Of a stretch of 64,000 bases of DNA, positions 11,446 through 22,647 are shown one piece after another. The notes beneath the pieces were generated by a model. The model did not search any database, was not told where the DNA came from, and saw only the letters and a list, made by a program, of their open reading frames with translations. Each line of letters begins with the position of its first letter. Within the stretch, counting starts at the first letter, position 1. Origin of the DNA: Vitrella brassicaformis CCMP3155 (lineage: Eukaryota; Protista; Chromerida); NCBI GenBank assembly GCA_001179505.1, contig CDMY01000292.1, forward strand, positions 67,574-131,573. Direction: 5' to 3'. A program made the position numbers and the translations under genes.

Positions 11446-13050
11446 ATGGTGGTGGGGTGGCTGGGGAGGCCTGTAGCGGCCTGGCTGGTGCTAGCACTGG
11501 TGGCGGCAGCTGGCGGGGCGGAGGCGTCGAGCTACGTGTCGAGCTACGCTACTCGGCCTGAGGGCTGTTACTCGGCCGTGCCGGAACGGAGCTACTCGAG
11601 GAAGACTGAGTATGGCTACTCCTTCCTGCCTGAAAGTAAGCACGCACCACACGGTCGGAAAATCTCCACGAGATCAAAAGGGATGTTCTGTCTCTACTCC
11701 TCGTGCGTGCGTGTTCCAGATTACCCTCGCCCGCCAGCTGTGCCGGTCACTGAGCGCTACGCGGCCATCCCAGACAGGTACGGCAGCCTGGTGGTTGACA
11801 GCACGGGCGGCCGGAAACGTCCCACACTCAAGAAGCGGCGACACCGACACCCGGCCTACAAGGCCCTCGTCGCAACAGACAGCCGCGCCCACTCTCACTC
11901 TTCCCGGCCTCACTACGGTGCGGTGCTCAGTGTGGCCACTGCTGACACCGAGCCCCCACAGCCGTCCTACCGCCTGTCCTCACTCATCAGCAGTGACCCA
12001 ACACACCACCGAGTGGGTGGACGGCGGCGACGGAGGAGCACCGCTGCGTGGCGGCATCTGTCGGCGCCCAAGTGGCCGCTGCCCATCCCGCCGTCCCTCA
12101 TCCGGACAAGGATCATGACCGGGCAGGGCCGCGGGTGCTTCTTCGTTGCTCCATGGCGAGGCGTGATGACGGGTGGTGCGTCGTCGGTGATCCCTGGCGG
12201 CGTGAGGTGGCGGCGGGCTGATGCTGATGGATATGGTGGGCGGTTGAGTCGGCTGCAGGTGTTCGATGCTGACGTGGCACAGATGGTGGCCAATCTGAGG
12301 GAAACAATCAGGTACCTAGAGTGAGGGGAACGCACGACAAACGAGCCACGTCTGTGTGTGTGTGTGTGGTTCAGGCCCGCCCTTCTGTCACCGTTTGTGG
12401 CGATCTCTCTGGTGGCCGTGCTGCAGCTGCTGGGCTTCCCCCGCAGCCCCCCGCCCCTCACCATCAGGCGCACGCCACCTGCCCTCGACCTGTCGTTCCT
12501 CGGCCCCCTGAGAGAGGTGCCGCTCAGCCAGTGGGTCAAACTGGTGTTCTCGCTCGCCATCGACCTTGCGGGCGACTTTTCGTTCGGCCTGCCGCTTGTG
12601 GGCGAGGTGGGTGACCTGCTCTTCGCGCCAATCGCCGCATTGCTACTGAGGTAAGATGGGCGTGTGGGTGGAGAGGGGAAGGGTGGATGCATCTGTTGTG
12701 TTGTGTGATTGGGTGTGTTGGTCAGGTCGCTGTACGGCTCGTCGTTCATCGCTGGCCTTGAGCTGGCTGAGGAGGTGTTGCCCTTTACAGACATCATCCC
12801 CACGGCCACAATCGCCTGGCTGCTCCAGACCTTCTACTCGGACGCTACGTCAGCAAGACACACACAGAAGCACACAAGACAGAGAGGCAACACACGCGGC
12901 TGTGTTTCGATCAGGATAACGGAGCGTCTGGGTATCAAGCCGGTGAGAGTGGTCGACAAGCCAGGAGCCAACACCAGCAAGGAGAGTGGCAGCCCCACCT
13001 ACCTGAAGACCCTGCCGGACAAGGGAGAGGAGACGGCCAAGACACGGTGA
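11446..13050 (+). CDS. Signal-peptide protein with a low-complexity middle and a C-terminal small hydrophobic membrane domain (DLAGDFSFGLPLVGEVGDLLFAP...EEVLPFTDIIPTATIAW)
   Basis: Hydrophobic leader AAWLVLALVAAAGGAEA. Phase-consistent introns 11636-11719, 12312-12374, ~12651-12725 and 12849-12914; stop at 13050. The C-terminal domain resembles, from memory, an uncharacterised family in algae and Bacteroidetes. The internal structure of 11720-12311 is uncertain. Confidence 0.6.
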
Positions 13051-14788
13051 CGGGATGGATGGATGGATGGATGAGAGTTTTATGTGTAGAAAGATGATAG
13101 GCAGGCGTCGCGTCAATCAACAGATGAATATATGGAACGAGTGTTTCAAGAGTGATTGATGGTGGTTTGAAGCGATGATCAATGCGTCGATCGATGTCTC
13201 TCTCTCGGGCTGATCGATTTATACGAGAGATGTATCCCACTCGCTGGCTCACTCCACTCACTGCCTCACTGTCTCCTTCCTTGTGCATAGCGATGACCCT
13301 CTAAGGGGGTCATGTTAGTCAGGCAACGCTTTTCCAATGCACACACACACACACACACAGACGTGCTGCGGCGAGTCTTCTTGCCGCTTCCCCTCCTCCT
13401 TCCTTCCCATTCTGCCTTCATGTTTCACCTCCCTCGTTGTTCCTGTAGGACGACCTCTTCACCGGTCAGTGTGTCTCACTCAGCAACAGTGAGCTGCACG
13501 AGCCGGTCGGGGAGTTGCTCAGAAGGGGCACACGAAGGGGGTGAAACGGGCAAGGCGAACGAACCAGCAAGATCAGATCAGATGTTTTGTGAGAGAGAAG
13601 GCTGTATTGTATCAACACTTTTTCCTTTTGGTTGGCCCCCTTGGGGTGCGTGAGGTCCTCGTTTGACGATGGCAGGCCACGGTACTACCACTCTGCACAG
13701 AAGCTGAGTGGCGGTCAAGTCGTCTGCTGTCGTCAAGCGGGGGCCTCGCGCACACAAGACGGGGGCCCCAAGAAAAGCGAGCCAGCAGCCGCCCGCAGGT
13801 CTCGTGTCCCGACCACTTTTCCTCTTTATCTGTCTGTCTGTCCGTCCGTCCGACTGGCTGTCTGTCTGTCTGTCTGTCTGGTTGTGACTGAGTCTTCTTC
13901 CCATGCATATCTGCAGGCCTGAAGGTGATGGATGGATGGATGGATGGGGGGTGTACATGTGCACGGGCGGGTGGACACTGCGCGCTTTTCCAATGACAGC
14001 GGGGAGCGGAACAAGCGGCCGCTCGTGTAGCATACCATCAGTCTCGTGTACAGGCAGGGCAGACAGAGAGAGAGAGAGAGAGAGAGGAGGTATCGGTGTT
14101 GTTGTGTGTGTGGTCGTTTTGGCGAGTGTAAGATACAGGTGAGCTGAGTGTCGGTCGATCGGTCGCATTAGTAGGGGTGCCGTGCCTTCAAGTGATGGGA
14201 AGGCGTAAGTGTAAGGCCTTTTGCTTACTGGTGCGTCTCGTTGTGGCCCTGCTCCGATGCACCACCCTCAGCGGACGCAGGCCAACAAGCAAGAAAAACA
14301 GCTCTTGCTGGTGCTGCGTGCGTTGTGGGCGTGCAGTGGGAGCAGGGACACATCCGTGAGACGAGAAAAGCTTGTGGCGGGCACACGAGTGGGTCGTTTC
14401 CGTGTCTTATGATGATCATGGTGTCTTGTAAGCTCGCGATTTTGATTATTGAGGTGGATGGATGGATGGGTGAATTCGCATGGGCGCTGGCTGGGGCCGA
14501 CCCTTCGACCAGAGTTTTTGGCTTTACCTCGCTCACCACCCACCAAACGAATTCGGCGACCAGAGAGACAGAGGCAGACAGTTTTGATTTCCCTGACGAA
14601 ACAGACAGATAGACGGATGGTCCCCTTTCTTTGTCGTCTTGCTTTCCTTTCGTTCCTCGTCTCGACCTTTTGTGCGTGGGGCGTGCGTCGCTTGCATATG
14701 GACTGACAGTCAATGTGTGTATGTATGTGTGAAATGTGACGGAATTGTACCGTGTCATTGGTTGGCAGGGTGGGACCGAGTGAATGGC

Positions 14789-14874
14789 AAGGCGGCCCAC
14801 ATGGATCTGTGTGCCGTCCTGACGTCTCCATAGGCCTTCCCAAAACACTCGCTGGCCGCCCTCTCGGCAGCAAG
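14789..14874 (-). repeat. Dispersed ~90-bp element, copy A (copy B at 38288-38376), with short terminal inverted repeats
   Basis: Reverse complement cttgctgccgagagggcggccagcgagtgttttgggaaggcctatggagacgtcaggacggcacacagatccatgtgggccgcctt aligns by eye with few mismatches to 38288-38376. It contains a GGCGGCC...GGCCGCC inverted repeat. Confidence 0.85.
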
Positions 14875-15263
14875 GCAAGTGTTGACTCGCTATGGACACG
14901 CGATGGGCTGGGAATGAAGGCAAGGCAGGCCCATTCAAAACCCGGCTACCAGTTAGTTCACTTCCTTTGTCCAAGTCAACCAGACACACGTGTCCACATG
15001 CACATACACACATGCATTCACCCACACCCCATGCTTCTGACTTCTTCTCTATGGTCTGTAGAGAAGCGGTGGTGATCATGGTAGGGTACCGGAGAGGTGA
15101 CGGACACAGTGACAGTGCAAATGTAGGCGAGGCTGATGTGGGCACCACCCCGTCACATCCTCACTGCCCCCATCGCCGTCACCACACACGCCCCAACAAC
15201 ATCACCAGAGGGCCAAAAAATTGCACTCCGAGGAAAGAAATGAAAGGCGGGCACTTGTCGCGA

Positions 15264-18200
15264 TCACTTGCCGCCCCACCAGCTGGTGAACCGCCCCAGC
15301 AGACCTAACATGACACACACGTGATACATGTGTGTGGGTGTGCGCGTGTGGATGCATCCAGCAAAAGAAGAACTCACCTTTGCTCTCCTTCTTGACGCGG
15401 TGAGAAATGTCGGGCGGTGGAAACGACGACAGAGCCTACATGCACACACGACACGCACAACACGCTGTCCATCTGCAGTGCCGACAGACAGACGGATGCA
15501 CAGGCGCACTGACTGACCAGGTCGAACAGCAGCGGTTTGCAGGCGATCGGCTCTATGGCTGGCGGAAAGGCATTCAAATCGCCAGCCTACACATACAAAT
15601 GCAGAGATACATAAAGGTGGGTCTGTGTTTCGTTGGGGCACCTTGACAGTGGTAGCTGCTGCTGCTGCTGTGGAGGCAGCAGCAGCAGCAGAGGCCGATG
15701 ACGCACCGGCCACGCCAGCACCAGCACTGGCGGCCTTGTCCAGGGGATCCTCCAAGCCGCTGTCTGCTTATCACACACACGCACACACATATATTCAGAT
15801 GTTCCCCTCTCCCTCTCTCTCTGTGCCGTGCTGCGCACCTTGGGCCACCACTTTTGCAGCAAGCCTCGCGCGCCACCGCCGTAGACGAGAGGGCAGGTCA
15901 TCCTGTCAACATTCCAATGGGTGGATGGATGTGTGTGTGTGTGTGTGATGGATTTACCTGCAGTCGCCTGACGAGCGTGTGTATGTGTGAGTAGGGGCTG
16001 GGTGCGGTCGGCGGCAGAGACACGTCAGACCGAGACAGAGCTAGGTCCGTCAGCACTGCGCTCACACACACACGCACCGTCACATCGCCACATCGCCACT
16101 GGGTGTGTGTGTGTGTGGCCATCCATCCATCCATCCATCCATACCATATGCCTCCTGGAGCTTGCCCGAGGCCGCGTTGCAGAGAGCGACGAACCAGCAC
16201 CTGCACTCGTCCATCCATCCATCCACCCACCCCCTCACACACACACCCACGCATCTGTGTGTGCATGCCTGTAGTTGGCGGCCACGTGCAGGTAGCTCTG
16301 CAGCGCCTCGCAGAGACCCTCGCTGATCGGCAGCTTCGACGCCTGCACTCCGTCCATCCTTCGATTCATGCATGTGTGTGGGTGTTGGGTGTATGGGTGT
16401 TTCTGACCTTGTCTGCGTCTTCATGGTACTCCGGGCAGAGGTCAAGAGCCGAGGAGACGTTCTGCAGACACACAGGCATCCGGAAATGTGTACCGACACA
16501 CACACACACACAGACTAACCTCCTTGATGAGCTCGCAGAAGCGCACCCCTTCCTCAGGCTTCACCTTGCCACGCACCAGATCTGCCGATACACGTGACGT
16601 GGACAGATGTGTGTCAGTCTCTGCCCCGCGGCGCGTCCATCTGTGTGTGTGCGATGGGGTGGTGCTCCGTTGCCTACCGTCCTGAGCGGCGTGCAGCTTG
16701 TGGATGCTTATTAGCAGCAGCAGGAGATTGCGCTCTATGTTCAGCACCGCAGTCTGCTCCTTCACGTAACCTGCATTGCAACCACCCACCCACACACACA
16801 AATTTCTCTGTTTGGTTATGTGTCTTTCTCTGTGTTGTGTTGTGGTGTGTTGTGGTGTTGTGTGTGTGTTGTGGTGTTGTGTGTGTAGTGGGGGTGGCGT
16901 ACTTTCGACAGCGCTCCATTGGGGTGAGTCGGGATCGCCGCCCTGCACACACACATATATATACAGGTGTATATCTGTGCGTGTGGGGGCTGTGTGTTGG
17001 GTGTTGGGTGCGAGTCTCACCATGTTGATCATGTCCTTGTGGACCTGCTTGAGCACCTCGGCATAGGAGGCAGAGATCTCGCCATACCTATGGCACACAC
17101 ACACACACGAGGGGTGTGCATGTGTGTGTCTGTGCCTGTGCGTACTTCTCAATGACGTCGTTGCCGTCCAGGCCCTCGAAATCCCTCTCTCTGTGTGCGC
17201 ACACATCCGCCCATGTGGCCACACGTGTGCGTGTGTGTGTGTGTGTACGTGGCCTTGTCGATGTCGACACAGTTAGACAGGCGCAGCTCGTCGCACCGAA
17301 TCAGACCAGCCGACACCTTCTCCTACACATCCACGGGCGCACACACACACTTGCACGCCTCTCGCTCTCCCTCTCTCTCCCTCTCAGTGCGTGTGTCTGC
17401 GCGCTTACCGAGGGAATGACGACTCTCTGGCCGCGCCAGGAGGTGTGGTCGCCGTCAGCAGAGGCAGAGGCACCACCGCCGCTCATGTCGTTGAGCACAC
17501 CTGCCGAAGCGGCACTAGCCGCTGTGCCGGTCTTGCCTTCCTGCACACACACATGGCGGGATGCCATGGAAGCTGTGGTGGGTATGGGTGAGTGCTTGCC
17601 TTGTGTTTGTGTGAGTCGCCCCCTCTCTGGTCTGCACTGAGCCGCCCCAGGTGGTAGCGGCAGATGCGCAGCTTCGGATCGAGCTCGTCCAACTGCACAA
17701 GACACACGCACATCCGTGTAGCGGGCACAGTGGGTGAATGGATGTGTACGAGTGCATTGTGCGCACCTTTTCCTTGAACGCGGTTGCCTGCGTGTCCTCA
17801 GACACCCTGCACACACACAGACACACCACCACACATAGATCGACACCAAGGTGGGCCACGGCACTCACGCACACACGCACCGCAGCAGCTGTTCCCAGAG
17901 AGTTTTCGCCTGCCCGAAGCCATCCACCGCATCCTGATTGCACACACAGACACACAAGCGTCCACACGTGACTTGTGTGTGTGTGTGCGTGTGTGTGTGT
18001 GTCTGGCTCTACCTGCCACTCTTCCCTCTCCAGGTGGTACTCGCCCTGCATCCAGCACCTGTAGGCCTGCGCGTCGATGCACGTCTTCTTGTCGCAGTGG
18101 ATGCCGCACATCTGCTCCAGACGCTTCGCCCAACTCACAGCCTGATAATAATACGCCACAATATCACTCACACACACACACAAAAGGCTAGACCCACCGA

Positions 18201-18930
18201 CCGACCTACCTTTGCAAATCGCCGGATTGAGTGGAGCCGCGCGCGAGGGTTCTGAGGACACACCAAATGTAAGCAGTCGTGTGAATGTATACCAACACAC
18301 ACACACACACACACACCACAGCGTGTGTGTACCAGCTGTTCAGCGGCGGCGTTGGTGGCCTTGAGCTGCACGGCATAGCTCCACGCACGCTCCGCATTCA
18401 CCAACGGCAGCAGCAGGAACCTGCACACACATACACACACACAGTCACACGGATGGGCGTACACATCTGTTTGCCCATGCTCTCTCTCTCTGCGTGTGTG
18501 TGTGTGAGTGTGTGTGTATGGGTACCGGTCGTCGCTGAAGTCAGCAGGAATCGCCTTGGCAACATACCTACAACCACACCATATGGATGCACGTGGCTGC
18601 CCTGTGTGTGTGTCTGGGGGCGGCATGAGCCTCACCGTGATCGTCCGTGTTTGAACTTGAGCGAAGATCTGATTCGTTTCAGTCGCCTGGCGCAGTACTG
18701 TCTGTAGCGGTGGTAGTCGTTGTGACGCAGACCGTTCTGCTGCTGCTGCTGACGACACACCTCCAACACTGCACCACACACACATTCATAGTGGCCGGAT
18801 GGCACACCAGTCTGGCTGCAGACCTACCGTTGAGCGAGAAGGGTTCGTGTGTGGGCTGTGTGGGCGCCACGGCCACGCACTCGCCCTCAGGCTCCACCTC
18901 ACCACTCGCTGGCGGCACATCTGCGGACAT
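15264..18930 (-). CDS. SRP68: Signal recognition particle subunit SRP68 (multi-exon)
   Basis: Exon translations QQQQQNGLRHNDYHRYRQYCARRLKRIR, LLLPLVNAERAWSYAVQLK, RARLHSIRRFAKAVSWAKRLE, DAQAYRCWMQGEYHLEREEW and C-terminal FPPAIEPIACKPLLFDL...GLLGRFTSWWGGK*. These are diagnostic SRP68 motifs. ATG 18930 (MSADVPP), stop 15264-15266. Confidence 0.92.
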
Positions 18931-19442
18931 AGACGCATCCACGTGGACGGGAGATCTCATCTCTGGGTGCCTGCAAGAATGAGATAAGCCGCTTTCTCAC
19001 CTGTTGTGGCGTTAGCGTTCACATCGTCCGTTGCTGCCTCCTTGATGCCGCCGTTGACCTCCTCGCCCGTGGCTGCTGCTTTGGGAGACGACGCCATGAC
19101 CAGAACAAACCGACGTCAGTCAAAGTCAAGTCAGATCTGTGTCGGCATATGCACACACGAGCAAGACCTCTTACATGCCGACGATGCCATTCTGTTCTTG
19201 CCTCCGTCGGTCGGTCGGTCGATTAAGGGTTTGACGAGACACCTGTCCCTGATGAAAAAAGACCTCAAGACTCTTCCTTTCCCGTTGATGCAGCCCTCGT
19301 CTGCCAGAGCATGAGGCCACAGCTGCACCCCACCACAGTTGCATTGCCACCCATGAGAGAGCTTTTCTTTCCTTCCATCCAAACCTGAGCGGAGAGTTGA
19401 AGTCGTTGCCCGTCGCGTGAAGGCCCTCTTCCCGGCCGAGCG

Positions 19443-21558
19443 GTGCAACGTCTCCAACTCATCGAGGAGTCTGACATCGAGGAGAGGCTTCAGCAACGTC
19501 GAGATCACGTGGACCTTCTCTTCTCGTACCGAGGAATGACATCATGTCAAGAACTACATTCACCTCAACATTCTGACCATGCCCCAGTCGACTGCCAGTG
19601 GCGGGGCGATGCAGAAATGGAGATGATGCGGACAAGTGTTCATGTAGCCATGCGTTTTGATGCTGCAGACAGTCAAGACGGTAGGCGCATTCGAGCTCTG
19701 CAACTGCCCTGACTGTCTGCCCCCAAGGTACCATGTCTGCCATTCGGACTTCAACCGGCTGTTCGGGGCTGAGGTGCACAGCAGCGCAGCGGGTGCTGGC
19801 CCTGAGAGCAGTGGATCGCCCCAGGAGCAGCAGCAGCAGCATCCGTCCACCAGCAGCAGGGGCAGGGGGGATCCGTGGCCGCAGCAATGGGGGAGGAAGA
19901 CGCCGCCATGGCTGTTGATACACGTAAGTGAACCACACTACCGCTCTCTTGGATAATACGGTAGCTGAGTGTCTGCACGTGTGTGTTTCTGTGTGTTTCT
20001 GTGTGGTAGCTCCATTTGCCGTGCTGTCTGCTGCCGCCGCAGGCTCCCTCGCCACCGTCTGCCGTGCTGCCATCAGTGCACTCGCAGCAGCAGCATCCCT
20101 CCAGCAGTAGCAGCCCGGCATGGCACTTGCAGCAGCAGCAGCCCATGAGGAACTTGAACCACATCGACCACACGGTGCGCCTGGGCCCGCGCTCCTGGGA
20201 TCATGGGATGGGGCAGGATGGGCTCTTCCGCTCGCGGAGCGAATCCTCTTTATCGGCGCTCGCCCAAACCAGCGACGGCTACTCGGTCTTCGACGGCCTC
20301 GCGATGTCTACATCTTCCTCTCACCAGACATCTACGTGCCTGAGGGGGGCCGGGCGTGGGACGTCTGGTGCGGAGATCGCTTCAGGGCATGTCTTCCGTC
20401 ACGAGGGGCGACACATCGCCACCAACCCACACTGCGCAGACTGCTCTAAGGGGACATCATCATCGACGACGTGCGTGCGCCATTCTTCCCGTCGCAGCGC
20501 AGGTTTGTGCGTCGCTTGCCAAGTAAAGGCCAAGCTACGAACGAGGATCTGCACGAAAGGCGAGTTCCGACTTCCACGTAGATGAGGGTGAGCGCGATGA
20601 GAAGAATAGATCTGCTCATGGGCATGGATGAGTGGCGAGGCGCACATACGCTGTTGTTCGTGTTTTTGTGCGTGTGTCTGCAGGTCAGTCATGCCACTGT
20701 TCTCATCGTTCACACGAGGGCTCGGCGTGGCCCTGTTGCACAGCGCGCTGAACAGCTTCAGGTTAGTGCGCATGGCATGGACACACCCATTCATCTCGAA
20801 TGTGTGTATGCGTGTGTATGCCAGCCGGGGAGACGACAGCGGTGCAAGTGTGTGGAATCGATGGCGGTTTCAGAACCAAAGAGGCAAAGAGGTGCCTGTC
20901 TGCGTCCATTGTGCGTGCATGTTCACAGAGTGCCTGTGTCTTTGTCTGCAGGGGCCGCCCACTGCCAGGGCGGCGGCATCGACGTCAGCCTCCCGGGTAC
21001 GGTACTTGATTGTGCGGTCTACATAAGGCTCTGTCCATCCATCTAATTTGCGTGTGTGTCTGTCAGCTGGGCACGCGACCTACAACCTCTACATGCCCGT
21101 CACGATCTACCACTCGNNNNNNNNNNNNNNNNNNNNNNNNNNNNNNNNNNNNNNNNNNNNNNNNNNNNNNNNNNNNNNNNNNNNNNNNNNNNNNNNNNNN
21201 NNNNNNNNNNNNNNNNNNNNNNNNNNNNNNNNNNNNNNNNNNNNNNNNNNNNNNNNNNNNNNNNNNNNNNNNNNNNNNNNNNNNNNNNNNNNNNNNNNNN
21301 NNNNNNNNNNNNNNNNNNNNNNNNNNNNNNNNNNNNNNNNNNNNNNNNNNNNNNNNNNNNNNNNNNNNNNNNNNNNNNNNNNNNNNNNNNNNNNNNNNNN
21401 NNNNNNNNNNNNNNNNGACGGACGCCTCGGCGTGAGTGACAGGAGAGAGAAGGGTGGGGTGTGAGGGGTGCATGTGCATCTGGTCGTGTCTCTTGTGTGT
21501 GCAATGTATGTGTTGTGCAGCCATGGTGCCGACCAAGGAGGAGATTATGGACATGACG
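19443..21558 (+). other. Poorly resolved upstream copy of the exon cassette that precedes hexokinase (partial tandem duplicate, possibly degenerate)
   Basis: Exons 20684-~20761, 20825-20891, 20952-20996 and 21067-21116 (into the gap) match 22648-23227 in sequence and intron positions; GHATYNLYMPVTIYH is conserved with synonymous changes. One exon differs by 2 nt between copies (67 vs 65 nt). After the gap, exon 21521-21558 reads AMVPTKEEIMDMT. Confidence 0.45.
21117..21416. other. Scaffold gap (300 N)
   Basis: Run of N; same length as the other two gaps, so probably a placeholder size. Confidence 1.
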
Positions 21559-21600
21559 GTGAGTAACTTGGTTCACATGGATGGATGGAGTGCATGGCGC

Positions 21601-21634
<34 letters not shown>

Positions 21635-22647
21635 GCAGCAGCACCAGCAGCCGGGGCGGCAGCTGGAAGCACATGTATCGCTGGCTACATTTTATATTCG
21701 TAGAGTCTTTTGAAGCCGCCCGGCCTGCCACTACACCCGTCCACACCCATGCACGCGATCTGAGTGGCATAGACCGGCAGACGCATTGACAGGGAAAGAT
21801 GATTGATACCAATCGCACCCATGCACGGGCTTGATACCGTCCCCATAAACCTATCAACACATGCCCATGCACAGAACAACACGCCCCTGAAAGATAGACC
21901 ACCAGCCCACAACCACCCATTCCCCAAACCCGCCCACGGCCCCGATCTGACCACCCCTGCATCGTCAACAGCTGGTCAGTCCTTCCCACGCCCTCACGGA
22001 CAGATCCTCGCAGACGCGTCATCAGGATGGATCGTGTGGACCAGGGAACATCAGCGTCAGTGACTCACTTGTCGAACGATGCATCCCTCTGGATCACCAG
22101 GTCCGTCCTGGCCACCTCCCTCGCCTGCCCAAAAGGCCATCCTGGTGACGGCGCCAAATCACGTCCCGCATGCAGCTCGTTGTGTGCACACTGTTTCCAG
22201 CTGCTCGCTCTGTCAGGCTGACTGAGTGGCTGGAAGGACCACCTGCCACCACGATAATACCGGGCTGCAGAGTGGAGAAGCCCAGACAAACCACACCACC
22301 GTTGCTTCGGCCGTGCCACCGCACAACCTGAAACCTGCAAGACAACACAGATGAAAACGAATCGGCTCTCTTCTTTCGTGTTGCATCCCTGCGGGCCGCC
22401 GCGAGTGACGTGCATCCCATCCAAGCATCGGTGGGCTCGCGATCCACATCTGCGCCTGCGAGCTTAACTCACTCGCGAGCTCCTTCGAAGGGCTTTGATC
22501 TGGAAGGCGAATTCGACGTGAGCTCACGTGAGATAGATAGATCTGCACGAGGACACTCCAGCTGCCCGTGCGCATGGATGGGTCCAGGGCACACACCTGG
22601 TGTTCGTGTTCTTTTCCGTGTGTGTGTCTGTGTGTGCGTGTCTGCAG

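Noticed and set aside
14789-14874. tRNA-like reading of the 90-bp dispersed element (7-bp closing stem, ~75-nt span)
   Set aside because: No T-loop TTCGA, no D-loop GG in the proper context and no anticodon arm; not a tRNA.
21010-21672. ORFs containing long X runs (also 25848-26489 and 59758-61027)
   Set aside because: Artefacts of translating through the 300-N gaps.
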